Of a stretch of DNA of 64,000 nucleotides, positions 37,779 to 51,359 are shown piece by piece. The stretch is from Sphyrna mokarran (Eukaryota), in NCBI GenBank assembly GCA_024679065.1, contig JAGIQG010000006.1, positions 37,262,001 to 37,326,000 on the forward strand. The letters are read 5' to 3'. The notes under the pieces are model-generated. The model had not been told where the DNA came from. It made no database searches and saw only the letters and a list, made by a program, of their open reading frames with translations. Both the position numbers and the translations under genes were made by a program. Numbering within the stretch: position 1 is the first letter of the stretch; every line of letters begins with the position of its first letter.

Positions 37779-38662
37779 AATTTTAAATGATAGTTCTAAT
37801 GTGAAACACCACATTCACCTGTTTAAAAATTGCACTTAGTTGAACTGTAATATACCAATGTAAGAGCATCGCATCTGAATTTATAGAAATAGTCCTCCTT
37901 ATCCTTAGATTGTTAAATCAGTTTAAAATAATCCCTTGCAAATCCCATACACTGGATAATATTTTAATTCTTTGCAAAGACATTGTAGTGCAAATGGTAG
38001 AGAGTATAATAGAGAAATGAAACATTTTGAGTCTGTATAAAAACAAATTATTCTACAAATGTTCTCGGGGTCAAATTCCTTTAGTACTAAACTAAACTAA
38101 CCAGAGTATCTCATGGCTGGTGCCAAATCTATGCTGACTTGCATTTGTTATAGAGAGAGAGAGATGACTTCTTGATTGAGAAGATAATGTGTTATTCCAA
38201 AAAAGTGTTTTAACCTCTGCTGTAACTGTACGAAATAGATGAACAACAGGTTTTTCTCATTAAGAAAGGTAAATGTTTATTGTTCAACACTCAAATACAC
38301 CCAACTGCACCCAATCAGATATATAATTGTACATTTACTCATGAAAGCATTATGATTGCAAAAGTAACAAGCGTTTAGGGCTTTTCCCCAGCGTGAAAAC
38401 TAGAAATGGCGCAGGCCTGTAATCCTTTGTATCCGCTGAAGTAGAAAGTTTTGGTAGTTTTAGACAGATGGTTTTCTGTCGATTTAATTTTGTCAAATCA
38501 GGTTTCCCTTATTTCACTCCGGTCAAGGCTCAAGGGAGAAAACCTTGGTAGAGTTCCACAGGTAGAGAGTTCAAGGGCAACTGCCAACTGGGTGTTTCTC
38601 CAACAAAGTTTTTTCCTTTCACTGCTCTAGATATTTCTGACCTGCCTGCACTCACTACTCTG

Positions 38663-38950
38663 AGGGCAGCACAATGGCACAGTGGTTAGCACCACTGTCT
38701 CACAGTGTCTGGGTTTGATTCCAAGTTTGGGTGACTGTGCGGAGTCTGCATATTCTCTGTGTGTCTGCATGGGTTTCCTCCCACAGTCCAAAGGTGTGTG
38801 GATTAGGTGGATTGGCCATGCTAAATTGCTCCTTAGTGTCTGGGAGATTAACAGAATAAATACGTAGCATTGTGGGGATGTGGCCCAGGAGGGATTGTGG
38901 TTGGTTAAGGCTCGAATGGCCTCCTTCTGTGCTGTAGGGACTCTATGATT
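38663..38950 (+). mobile_element. V-SINE, CR1-type tail
   Basis: gggcagcacaatggcacagtggttagc head, V-domain and gaatggcctccttctgtgctgtagggactctat tail. Confidence 0.85.
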
Positions 38951-39407
38951 CAATGCCTGCTCAAAATATGACTTATTAAAAGGTGCTGTAGTGTCACGAG
39001 AAGAGTTGTGGAATAGAATATCTGCCCACTGATTAGGCTGCAGCCCCAGCCCTGGGGATGGGGTAAGTGAAGAAGCAGAAGTGGATGCCTGCACACGCAG
39101 CAACGAGATGGGATGCCAACCTGATAAAAATAGCTAATCAGCTGAGGCGAACAGCCCACTCAAGAAAGGGAGGCAGAAGTTACTTGGATTGAAGAAAACA
39201 AGGCAGAAAACATTTGACTTACCAATCCCTCACAATAGCTAGTCAAGTTTGTAATCAACAACATTTCTTCTTGAATTGATGGCCATTAGATTTTAGAATC
39301 ATGAGATTCACTGCAGGCCCAGAAGAGAGATTTACCCCAGGCAAGATAGATTACACTATATTAATGAAAGACTAATCTCCTTGATTCGTGGATTGGGAAA
39401 TTCCCCT

Positions 39408-41051
39408 CCAATTCGGTTTTCATGTCTGCTGACGACACCACCATACTAGGTCGGATCTCAAACAATGTGGCAATGCATTTTGGAAGGTCTAATACAGACA
39501 GGAAATATATAGTAAATGGCAGAATCCTTAAGAATATTGAAAGGCAGAGGGATCTGGGTGTACAGGTACACAGGTCACTGAAAGTGGCAACACAGGTGAA
39601 GAAGATAGTCAAGAAGTCATACGGCACGCTTGCCTTCATTGGCTGGGGCATTGAGTTGAAAAATTGGCAAGTTATGTTTCAGCTTTATAGAACTTTAATT
39701 AGGCCAATCTTGGAATATAGTGTTCATTTCCAGTTGCCACACTACCAGAAAGATGTGGAGGCTTTGGAGAGGGTGCAGAAACGATTTACCAGGATGTTTC
39801 CTGGTATGGAAGGCATTACCTATGAGGAGGGGTTGGAGAAACATAGTTTGTTCTCACCAAAATGACCGAGGTTGAGGGGTGACCTAATAGAAGTCTACAA
39901 GATTTTAAGGGGCATGGGCAGAATGGATAGTTAGAAGCTTTTGCCCAGGGTGGAAGTATCAATTACATAGGGGTATAGCTTTAAGATGTAAGGGCAAGAT
40001 TTAAAGGAGATGTACGAGACATGTTTTTTACACAAAGGGCGGGTGCTTGGAATTTGCTGCCAGGAGAGGCAATGGAAGCAGATAAGATAGTGAGTTTTAA
40101 GGGGCATCTAGACAAATACATAAATAGGATGGAAATTGAGGGATATGGCCCCCAGGGGTTTTAGTCAAGTCAGGCAGCATAGTCGGTGCAGGCTTACAGG
40201 GCCACAGGGCCTGTTCTTGTGCTGTAATTTTCTTAGTTATTTGTTCTTTGCTCTTTCTTCAGTAACAGGACAGAGTACAGGACTGAGATAGAGAATCTGG
40301 TGAATTGGTGCAGCAACAATAATCTCTCTCTCAATGTCAACAAAACAAAGGAGATTGTATTGACTTCAGAAAGCTTAAAGGAGAATGTGCTCCTGTCTAC
40401 ATTAACAGGGATGAAGTAGAAAGAGTTGAGAGCTTCAAGATTTTAGGTATCCAGATCCTGGTTTGCCTATTCTGACACTATAGTTAAGAAAGCCCACCAA
40501 TGCCTCTACTTTCTCAGAAGACTAAGGAAATTTGGTATGTCCACTATGACTGTCACCAAATTTTACAGATGCAATATAAAACATATTCTTTCTGGTTGTA
40601 TCACAGCTTCATATGGCTTCGGCTCTGCCCAAGACTACAATAAACTACAAAGGATTGTGAATGAAGACTAGTCCGTCACTCAAACTACCCTCCCACTTAT
40701 TGATACTATCTACACTTCCCACTGCCTCAGAAAAGCAACCAGCATAGGTAAGGACTTCATGCACTCTGGACATACTCTCTTCCACCTTTTTCCATTGAGA
40801 AAAAGATACAAAAGTCTGAGAACACGTACCAACCAACTCAAAAATAGTTTCTTTCCCGCTGCTGACAGATTTTTGAATGGACCTACCTCACATTAAGTTG
40901 ATCTTTCTCTACATCCTAGCTATGATTGTAACACTACATTTCACATTCTTTCCTTTCCTTCTCCATATATGGTATGCTTTATATAGTGTGCAAGAAACAA
41001 TACTTTTCACTGTACACTAATACATGTGACAATAATAAATCAAATCAAATC
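39408..41051 (+). mobile_element. Rex/Babar LINE 3' fragment split by a CR1 insertion
   Basis: ADDTTILGRISN ends at ~39465 and resumes as gacagagtacaggactgagatagagaatctgg (TEYRTEIENL) at ~40265; (aaatc)n tail. Confidence 0.88.
39466..40250 (+). mobile_element. CR1 3' fragment nested in the Rex/Babar element
   Basis: MHFGRSN...QRDLGVQVHRSLK...YQKDVEALERVQKRFTRM, then 3'UTR and ttgttctttg tail. Confidence 0.9.
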
Positions 41052-42417
41052 ATTTGAAAAGACAGTAGTTCGAGAATCCAATCGATCTGATAGAATTCCT
41101 TTGGAGGTGAACTACTCATCTACCTTAAGATTGGGTTCGGCTTTAATGGCCTCCAAAGTCAAACGGCAGCAGACATCAATGTCTCAGTCACCCAATAAAA
41201 TGTGGGCCCTCAAGTAAGGTGTCAGAGAGATGTCCAAATTCACAACCGTTTCTCAGTCCAGTTGGAGGGAAGCAAACCAGATTGTATGGCGAACAACTGA
41301 TGCTAAACATATTCAGATTTGTCTATCTGCATTTTAAACAATCAATGGCAGCACTCAGTAACTCACCAAGGGTTTTAGCTTTCTTTAATATATAAATTTG
41401 ATGGGAGTTTCAAGCCAGCAAATAATTGATATTTCCTGATTATTCAACTATTGAAACGTTAGTTAAATGCAACTGTTGTCAGCAATCAAGTATTGATCAC
41501 GATTTGAACCTTAGATTTATCATCACAAGACAACAATAACAGGTGTGATTGTTTCACTTTTCAGGTTACAAATGAATAATTTCATCGTTTAGATTCCTGT
41601 TACAAAGTAAAATACCAAAGTTTTTAAAATGAAAAGCATTTGTTGTTTAAATTCTGGCGTGTTGTCCCCACTGTACTCAGTCCAAATGTCAGCTCTAATT
41701 TTTCCATAATTGGAACAGTGCCTGTTCAAATGGAATAACTGAATCTATTTTGGAACATATGAATTTAAAAGAATGTGTATTTTCCACAGTGTGACAGATC
41801 CTCTGTATAATTGTCCATGTATTAGTTTGCATCTTTTTCACTTGGTAACACTCCAGTAAAGCTTCTTAAGGGAATGAGTATCAAGGTGCCAGAAGCTTTG
41901 CTGGCAATACAATGATACTTAGAAGTAGCAAAGCTGGGTATTTCAATTTGATCTCCAGTTAGGGACAGGTGTCGCAAATATCTGATAGCTGTTTCTGAGA
42001 TGGAAAGAATTTAGTCAAGGTGGAAACCAAACAGCAATTAAATTGGCTAAAAATAGGGGGGGGTTGATGATAAAGTTCGATTGAGGAATAGTTCCAGATT
42101 CCGCCTACAGTTTTCACAGGCTGCAGGTCTATTGCTCACAAGTGATGTTTATTATTGGCCCTGATAGAGAAAAAAAAACTTCATCGAAGTCAGCAACATC
42201 AATGCTTTTGAGGCAAGTGCCCTAAACCTTTATACAAAACTCTTGATATCCATTCATTAATGATTGTGTCCAAATTCCTCATAAATGCCCTCTGTTGTGA
42301 GAGGCTCAAAGCAAAACATTGTCTCATCATAACTGTCATCAGGCTGTCTGCTGCGAGAGTGAATGCAAGGTGGGAGCAGTAAATATCTGGACTATCAGGA
42401 GATGAGTGCCATGAGAA

Positions 42418-42843
42418 GGGCAGGATTTTACTACGGGCATTGAAAATCCAATGTTTGAACTAAATGTGGGTCCCATGCCCAAAAATACCAGTAGTGGGAC
42501 AGTCATGGAAGTAGGGAGGGGGTGGGGAATCAAGCAGGCAGGTTCCTCCTGAAGGGTTGTAGAATCAGTCTTCCCAGCCCATGGCTCTCTCCGCTTGGCC
42601 TCCAGTTCCTATCAGCTACTGCACAGCCACAGGGAGACTTCATCAATGGAGCTGGCCAATCCACCATGTGCAAAACGCTGGCAACCTAGGAAAATGTCCC
42701 AATTGAGCTTTTAATTATTTCAGTTGGCTGCTTGCTGGATAATTTTCACAGCAATAGGGCAACATTGGGGAATCATTGCAAACTAGCTCTTGTTTTCTTG
42801 CCATCCACCCCCATCATCTGAGAGCTGAGAAAAATCCCACTCT
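42418..42843. mobile_element. Putative non-autonomous DNA element
   Basis: Termini gggcaggatttt / aaaatcccactc resemble the termini of the 34534 and 61378 MITEs. Confidence 0.4.
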
Positions 42844-43654
42844 TGAGCTTCTGTCCTACCTGATAAAAGAACAGGGACTTCCAGGAATTACTGAACTGTA
42901 TCAAATGAATTGTAATCCAATCTGGAACTACACCCGTTCTGCCTGTAGCTGTGAATGTCACAGTTACACTAAATGTCTGGCACTTTTTATTCATCACAAG
43001 AGATTCCTAAGGATTATCCGGCGCACTGATTAGTATTACACATAACTATTTACACAGTATAAATGAAGTATCATTCCACAGAGTAGCAGAGTAATGGAGA
43101 GCTGGAGCAATAGTTTGTCAGACTTTAATTCTACGCAATGATACCTTGCTGAAATTCCTACTCTTTAGGCAACTGCTCTAGTATGAGGTAGGACATCACT
43201 TCCCCAATCAGTGGTTGCCACTACTGGTGCTGCAGTTAGAGGTGAGGAGGTGACACTCAGTGATGGACCTTATAAACCTGAAACCTCTCCAAAGGAAGGC
43301 TGACAGGCCCTGGAGAGAGGAGTGGCGACATGTTGGACAGGCGAGGAGGAAGGAACTGTTGGGAGGGTGGTGGGAGCTTTGGCATAGGGGAGTCTGGGAG
43401 GATGTAGCTCTCCTTTCACTGACCACCAGCCACAGGGTTCAACTTACTGGGTTACATATTGGGCACAGGCCTTTCCCACCACCCGTTAAACTGGTGTGGT
43501 GATGGGATAAGGCTCATAATTGGATATTAATTTCCCACTTAAGGAGCACAATTGGGTTATGGGCTGGTGGCAACCCATCTGATTCCTCCCTCACCATCCA
43601 TGCGCAGACTGGCAACGGCTATGTTGTCAATAGCACGACACCCTAATTTATCAG

Positions 43655-43758
43655 ACAAAGCTCTGACGGAGGGTCAGCCAGACTCGAAATGTTGGCTCCA
43701 TTCTCTCTCCACAGATGCTCAAAGACCTGCAGAGATTTTCCAGCGCTTTCTGTTTTTG
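43655..43758 (+). mobile_element. 104-bp hammerhead-bearing insertion with perfect 15-bp TSD
   Basis: TSD accctaatttatcag at 43640-43654 and 43759-43773; agct CTGACGG a gggtc agcca gactc GAAA tg TT ggct. Confidence 0.9.
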
Positions 43759-44094
43759 ACCCTAATTTATCAGTTTACCCATTCATTTTCCTATCCATGG
43801 GTGGCCTGTGAAATTCAACCCATGTTTATCTCATTTTCACTGCAGCTGCGTACACTTTCTATGAAATAAGAGGCAGGGATAAACAAAACCTAGGAGGGAT
43901 GAACTCAATTAGAGTTACTATTAGGGGCACCTACACCAGCGACTGTAACCCTTCCCCCAGGAACTCACAAGGTTAAACAATTGCACTGTTGCCTCATCAA
44001 CTGGTGTTAGCATTTCAATTTCTCACTGTTCAATATCCAGTTTTGGGTGGTCTGTTGAGTAGAAACTACCTGGAGTTTGTCTTCCTTCACATCA

Positions 44095-44875
44095 TGGATG
44101 ACACAAAGATTGGACAGAATGTTAACAGTGAGGCGAGATGTCTTGGGCTACAAGAGGATATAGACGGGATGGTCAAATGGGTAGGTAAGTGGCAGATGGA
44201 ATTTTTAACTCAGAAAGTGTGAGATGATGCACTTTGGAAGGAGTAATTTGATGAGAAAGTGCTCAATGAATGTGTTGTTTTCATTGAAGCAGAGAAGACT
44301 GAGGGATGACCTGATTGAGGTCCTTATGAGAGTCATAGAACATAGAACATAGAACATTACAGCGCAGAACAGGCCCTTCGGCCTTCGATGTTGCGCCGAC
44401 CATTATAAAAAGCAATGACCCTCCAAACTAAACCATTCCCTTCTCTTCCATAAACTTATCAACTAACCTCTTGAACGCCACCAAACTTGGCGCGTCTACA
44501 ACTGCCGCAGGCAGGGCATTCCACTCCCTAACCACCCTATCATGGATAGAGTGGATAGGGAGCAACCGTTCCCCTTAATTGAAGGGTTAGTCACAAGGGG
44601 AAATAGATTCAAGGTGAGAGGCAGGAGATTTAGGGGGGGATATGAGGAAAAACGTTTTTACCCAGAGGGTGGTGATAGTCTGGAATGCATTGTCTGGGAG
44701 GGTGATGAAGGTGGAATGCCTCTCATTTTTTTGAAAGTATCTGGATGGAAACTTGAGGGGTTATAGGTCAAATGCTGGCGAAAGGAATTAGATGGGAATT
44801 CAGGTGTTTCGAATGTGTCGGTATGGACTCGATGGGCCAAAGGGCCTCTTCTGTGCTGTATGATTCTTTGATTCT
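44095..44875 (+). mobile_element. CR1 3' fragment, internally deleted, with a - strand CR1 tail inserted at ~44335-44540
   Basis: DDTKIGQNVNSE...KWQMEF and MDRVDREQPFPL..VTRGNRFKV; (aacatag)n at ~44338. Confidence 0.8.
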
Positions 44876-46844
44876 ACGACATCATAGAGTCTTTTTTCTG
44901 ACTTCCGCCCACTTCCTAAGGATGGTGGACAGAAGGTGGAGTTGTGTGCGGAAAGGGAGAGTGATACCCCAGAGTTACACACTGCTATTGTCCTGCATTT
45001 CCAACTGTTTTCACATTGTATGACAAAATGGTTTAAATGGGAAACATCCAAAACCTCATCCTTATCATTTTTTATTTTGCTCATTAAAGCACTTCAACTG
45101 CTGTGATTCAGAAGGCCTCTTGATGAAAGCCAACATAGTTGTTTTGTTCACCAAATTGATTCTCTCAAGCTGGAACCTCATCAAATAACACAGTTGCTTG
45201 CCAAACAGAAGGAGAGGCAGACAAATGATAATAACTCAGACCATAATATGACAATGTATGAAGTGCTAAAACAAATTGGAGAATAACACACTGAGATAAC
45301 AAAATTTGTCATTACTGTTTTTCAATAGAAACTCCTTGTATTTGTGTGATTTATGCAGTTGCATTGGAAGAATGTGAAGAATGCACTTCACTCGTGGCTC
45401 CTATGGTGCTGTGGGTGTTTGCAGTATTGCTGTACTTTATCCAAGTGGCTCTTCTCCATTTGTGAGCTCAGCAGTGAGTCACTGTGTTGAGGAGAGAAGA
45501 AAGACTTGAAAAGAAATCCCATATTCTAAAGTGTTGGGTACCACAAAGGGTTAAATGCCAGGTTACTGGAAAACAAAGGGAGCAGCGGGAAACGTAAGTG
45601 ACTTTTGCTTCTCCTGATTTAGCTCTGGACCTAACTCTGCTTCTTTCACCATTGCCATGGTGATGGAACAGCTGAAAGCTAAAAGGTGGGTCACTTGGGG
45701 GAAGCTGTCAGTAAAAGAATGATGACTCGCCGCATAAAGTGAAGCCCTTAATTGCCAGGCAAAGCACTGTGGGAAGATCCAAGGAAAATCAAACTCGTTC
45801 TTTAATTTACTCCAGCTGGAGATGGCGGAATGTGTTCTCGTTATCTTTCCTGGATCCATGCACTTATGGCACTGATCCCTAATTCTCGGGAAATGGGAAA
45901 ATACAGTCTTGAGTTCAGTTGTGGAATCTGTGTCATAATAGTTGGAATATTTGATTCAAAATGCCTTCCTTGCTTGTGTAAGGTACACAGCCTAGTAAAA
46001 ACAATGATGCCCCATCTTGTTTACTCTATCTGAAGCCAGCCAGGTGTAAAGCAGCATGTTAAGACATTTATTGAATGTAAGGCTTAACTTTGTCCGCCTA
46101 GTGTCACTTGGTGACAATTCTGTCGCATGCAAGCGTTCTCTTTCTCTCTTGTTCAGTTTTCTTCCTGTGTTACCTGAAGGTACGGGCTGTTTGCTGGTGC
46201 ATAAATCCACAGCTGCTTTCACCTCTCAGAAATTACTATGCCTCATTTGGGAAGAGCTGGAGGGCTGAGAGGCACAATGTGATGTGTGGGGCTGAGGGTG
46301 GCCTGGGTTATCTGTCTTCCTGCACACCTCCCAACTCAGCCTTCACCCTCCCTATTCAGGAAGGACATCACTGTCACTGAAATAAATAAAAATAAAGTTG
46401 TGTGCTGCTCAGCACTCTTTCCTTTCTTTTCACAGCAGATCTTTCAAAAGTTAGTAAGATCAGTCTGCATAAACTTTCAACGTTATTTATGCAGTATACA
46501 TTTTCAACACTGAAATAAGTAAATGAGACAGATCTGCAACAATCCATCTTACTTTCCTAAATTCTTACAGCAATAGAGAGCAAAGTGATTTTATTGAAGA
46601 TAATTGGTGAATCTCCTGATCGTCAGAGGCTGGGATTACAAGCTAGGTACTTAGAAAATGCTCAGGAACTATTCTTACGAAAGCACGACTAAACTGTCCA
46701 CTCTCTCTAAATAGGGAAGCCGTCAAGCACAAAACAAAATTTCTTCCAAAGTAAAATGGAAACATTTTTGATTAAATTTAGTAATTTTGTGGAAATTACT
46801 TTCCACAAAACTTAAGTTTTGGATATATTTATTATAAAAAAATT

Positions 46845-47135
46845 TTAAAGCTTATTTATTCGTGTCAGAAGTAGGCTTACATTAACACTGCAGTGAAGTT
46901 ACTGTGAAAATCCCCTAGCTGCTACACTCCAGCACCTGTTCTGAGGGAGAATTTAGCATGGCTAATCTCAACTAACCAGCACATCTTTTGGATTGTGGGA
47001 GGAAACTGGAGCACTCGGGGGAATCCTAGACAGACGCAGGGAGGAGGTGCAAGCTCCGCATAGACAGTGACCCAATTCAGGAATTGAATCCAGTTTCCTC
47101 GTACTGTGAGGCAGCAGTGCTAACCATTCTGCCAT
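46845..47135 (-). mobile_element. V-SINE with alternative (Rex/Babar-like) tail
   Basis: Reverse complement of the 37470-37778 architecture. Confidence 0.85.
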
Positions 47136-48479
47136 CATATCAACTATATGAACGTTATTTTTTAAACATATGTTGAAAATTAATTTTGTGCACTTTAAGG
47201 GAGTTGGCAAAATTATTTTTAAGAAATTTAATTGATCTGTTTCGTGTTGATACTATTTTGATTATCAGCCTGAGTATACACTTAGCACTTGTTCTATGGC
47301 TAACTATCTGACTAATCAAATCTGAGGCCGTGGATATTATTCAGTTTTCAGTGACTTTATTTTTATACATCAATGGGATGTTTGACAAATTATAATTTTC
47401 TGGCCCATGAATACATTGCAAGTAAAACAGGCACTTTGCAAATGGAAGACTTTGATTCATGACAGGCATTTTCTGTGTGGCACTCATATAAATTGATTTA
47501 TGGGGATTTAGCAGAGGAATAGATAATTGCTCTATAGCTTATGGATCTGAGCTAGAATTTAGCTCAAACAAAATGATGAAAGTCTCTTTAATCTTAGGAT
47601 AACTGAAATTCAAATAAAGTTGGGTAATCATTAACCAGGATTTTACAGAGCAGCGTAAAATTACTCATAAATTTAGCACTAATGATATTAAATTGCTTCT
47701 CTTGCAAAGGACTGAATGATAACTGATGCGCTCAGGGAAATGGAAATGTCACATGAACATAGTAAGTGGTGCTTCAGTTTATGGAATATTGGGCTAGTGT
47801 AGACGGAGCTTTCCTTCATGTGGAAAGAATTGCACCGTTCGTTCCCCATCAATAAAAAAACAACAAAAAGTTATGTTTCTTCACCAGAAAGAATTAGTTC
47901 AGACCTTTCACTTAGGATTAAGTCAGTGATGAATAGAAATTTTAGCAAAAAACCTTGAATTGACTAGCAATGTCAACTCATATTACTGGCAGGCAGTAAA
48001 CATGTATTCTCAAAAGACACTATTACAAATTCAAGAAGGTGAGAAACAATTGTATGATTGTTGCATTCTACCATGTAATTACACACTTATTAGGATGGAT
48101 GCTAGTAACAGTGCCTTTACTGACAATTCCTTCATTAACTCTGAATGCACAGCAAAAGAAGCAGACATTGGAGCCCAAGGTCATCCTCATGATGTGTGCA
48201 AGCTTCTCTTCAGCTTTTGTCAGGAAGCAAGAGGAAATAGCACCAGAAAGAAGTGGTGACCTATGAACACGTGAATCATATTTTACAGTCTATTTAGTGA
48301 AGCGATTTATTTAGTCCCTTTCGTTAGACATTTTCTGAATAAGATTTCCTTTTCAGTAATAAACATGAGCATATCTACTATGATTAGATTGTGTGACAAA
48401 TCAACTGAGACAGTTCGTAAAATTAAATGCAAAATTACTCATGATTGGTGGCCCTGGGGCTTAAACAGTGATGTGCAAC

Positions 48480-49250
48480 TTTTTTTAGTCTTTTATGGGA
48501 TGTGAGTGTCACTGGCAAGGCCAGCATTTGTTGACAGTCCCTTATTGCCCTTGAAAAGGTGATGGTGAGCCAACTTCTTGAACTATTGCAGTCCATGTGA
48601 TATAGGTACGTCTTCAGTGCTGTTAGGAAGGGAGCTCCAGAATTTTTACCCAGTGACTGCAAAGGATAGAACTTGCAAGTTGCAATTTTGTGTCGTGGAA
48701 GGAAACTTGCAGGTTTTGTTCCCAAGTATCTGTGCCCTTGTCCTTTTAAGTGGCAGAAGTCATGGACTTCAAAGATGGTGTTGGAAGAGACTTAGTCAGT
48801 TGATGCTGTACATCTTGCAGATGATGCATATCCTGTCACTGTGCACGGTGTGGCAGAGGGAGCGAATGGTTAAGATGCTAGATGGAGCTGCACTCATCCA
48901 GGCAAGCAGAAAGTATTCCATCACTTTCCTGACTTTTATACTTGGTGGATAGGCATTGAGGAGTCAGGAAGTGAGTTAGTCTCTGACCTGAACTTGTAAC
49001 CACTCTATCATATGGCTGGCCCAGTTCAGTTTCTGGTTGATTGCTTCACCCAGGATGTTGACAGTGAGGTTTCAATGATGGCAATTTCATTAAATGACAT
49101 GGGAGACAGTTAGATACTCTCTTGTTGGAGTTCATAATTGTATGGTACAAGTGTGGCATGACTATTACTTGTCTCTCACCAGCCCAAGCTTGAATGTTGT
49201 CCAGGCCTTGATACATATAGATATGGAATGCTTCACTATCTGACATGTTC
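48480..49250 (-). mobile_element. Degraded LINE 3' fragment
   Basis: QGLDNIQAWAGERQV; 3' end ggccttgccagtgacactcacatccca, also seen near 63205-63300. Confidence 0.7.
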
Positions 49251-49810
49251 AGATTGCTACCTCTCACTGCAATACATTTTCAATATCTATTATGTAACTT
49301 TATCATGATATTTCATTCCTCAATAAGATTTAAATAAACAAAAATGGGATATAGGCCAATAGACAAAAGATGCTGGATAGAGCTGGATAAGATTGGAGTC
49401 AATGGAAAAGACTCCTGAGAATCACGTGCAGGATAAAACAGGACACTGATTTACTATGAACCTACTACACACTCCTCTCGTAGCAATTTCTCTCCACAAA
49501 GTCTATTGACAGTGAAATTCCATCAGCAATAGAATTCCAATCATGAATCCACCCTCTGTTACCAGATAATTATGGAGGACAATGACCATCTAGCCCCGCT
49601 CATCTCTTCTATCCAGAATGACATAAAAACATGTGCAGTAGGAACAGAGTTAAACCATTCGGCCCCACGTGCCTGTTTAGTAATTTGTTAACATTGCTAA
49701 CATTATACCAGTGATTGCAACTCAGAAATGTTTTATTAGTTGATTTGGGACATTGTGAAAGGTGTTATCCATTTTGTCTTTTTTTCACTATGCAGTGTGC
49801 ACTATGCACT

Positions 49811-49924
49811 ATAATTATCCTTAGAGAATCAACATTGTGCCTCCAATTTCACCATTACTACATCATAGTATCTGTAGTAATGGTGAAATTGGAGGCACAA
49901 TGTTGATTCTCTAAGGATAATTAT
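49811..49924. repeat. Perfect inverted repeat with 52-bp arms and 10-nt spacer
   Basis: 49811-49862 is the exact reverse complement of 49873-49924. Confidence 0.97.
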
Positions 49925-50288
49925 TCACAGAGTGATCAATGTTAGGAAAGGAGCTACAAAGAAATCTTTACATTTACAACCGGCAAGTCAGCCCAATATC
50001 CTGTTCCCTGTGCTGTCTTACATTGCTCCCTTATTCATTCTAAATAAGGAGAAGAAACATCTCCCCATTCACCATGTTACCCTTAAACCAATGCTGTGGC
50101 AAGGTGACATTGAAATCTCCAAATTTTAGCTTCACATGTTGTTTTATCCATTTCCAGCTCCACAGAGGTTTCTCATGCCTATTATGGACTACAGATCAAA
50201 GATTGAATATGATTACATATTACCCAAAGATGGTTTAATTATTTTTAACATTTCTCTTTCTGTCTAAGCTTCTGTCCTGGGTTAGGGT

Positions 50289-50890
50289 GTCAGGTCAGAA
50301 ACCCAAAGGCATATTATGCAGTCAGACTGGATCCCAACAATTTTCTACTTTGGCACTAATGTAAGGGTAGGATGTTTCACTTTAGGTGTGACTACTGACA
50401 AACTAATAAGTCTTTATCAAAAAAAACTTTATTTGACAGCACGGTTTAACTATAACAAATGAATTAGCTTAACTGTTAACAATTGAACTATACTTAAACA
50501 TGACAGATATAAATCATAACTGCTAACCTATCACTATGAGTTTCAATTCCAACAATATTCCTCTTATTGAGTTAAATCACTCTTTAAAATTAGTTAGCAA
50601 AACAGAAGTATACTTAGTTACTTAGCCCTGGAGCTCTCAGAGGTGCCCTTTCAGAGAAAGAGAGAGCAAGAAAGCTCCTGTTTTTTTTTCTGGTAGTCCA
50701 GGCTTGTAATTTAAAATGAAACTGAAACCCTTTCTTTCCTGAAAGCTTAATTCCTCCCATTAATCACATGACACTGTCTCTATCAATCAATCTATCAAAA
50801 CTCTACTCTAAAATACCAGGGGGAACACAAGTAAGCACAAATGCATTAGCTCTGTGGAACAATTCTGGTACAAAATGTGCATACACCAAG
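50289..50890 (-). mobile_element. Possible LTR-like element
   Basis: Starts tgtcagg, with AATAAA on the - strand (~50427); no TSD or right boundary established. Confidence 0.25.
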
Positions 50891-50892
50891 GA

Positions 50893-51063
50893 ATTTTGTC
50901 TCAAATTTGGTTTTGTCTCAAATTTGGTTTCGATCTGTAGATCTATAAACACAGACAGGGATCACGGGTAGAAGTGGGAACATCAAGGTGGTGGCATGGG
51001 CTCGTTGGACCGAAGGGCCTGTTTCCCATGCTGTTTTGTTCTTTGTTCTTTGTTCTCTTTGTT
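50893..51063 (+). mobile_element. 3' part of the SINE variant seen at 8396-8885
   Basis: tgtctcaaatttgg...tctataaaca.aga.agggatcacgg...gggcctgtttcccatgctgtt followed by (ttctttg)n. Confidence 0.75.
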
Positions 51064-51156
51064 CATGAATTGGATACTTAACTGTCTTTTTTATACACAT
51101 GAGAGTAATGCAGCACCAATTACTGTCAAACTTGGGAAAGTATAGTACAGTACACT

Positions 51157-51255
51157 AAGGTAAAAACAAAATACTGTGGATGCTGGAGTCAAATCCTGAC
51201 TTGAAACAAATGGTTTCAGATCTGCTGAGATTTTCCAGCATTTTCTTTTTTTTGT
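51157..51255. mobile_element. Deleted/inverted copy of the hammerhead-repeat family
   Basis: aaaatactgtggatgctgg...gacttgaaac...ctgctgagattttccagcatttt; diverged TSD at 51141-51156 and 51256-51271 (13/16 identical). Confidence 0.7.
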
Positions 51256-51359
51256 TACAGTATTGTACACTCAGACAGAGCTGTCATTAAATATATGTAT
51301 ACACTATAGGAAACACAATTTGAAACCAGCAAGAAGGCAAAACAAGATCTGAATAGAAA

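Noticed and set aside
39422-39865. 147-aa ORF that looks like one RT
   Set aside because: It is a chimera across the Rex/Babar-CR1 nesting junction at ~39465.
47960-48266. Overlapping 75-99 aa ORFs in unique sequence
   Set aside because: No recognisable domain or clear splice boundaries; lengths are compatible with chance.
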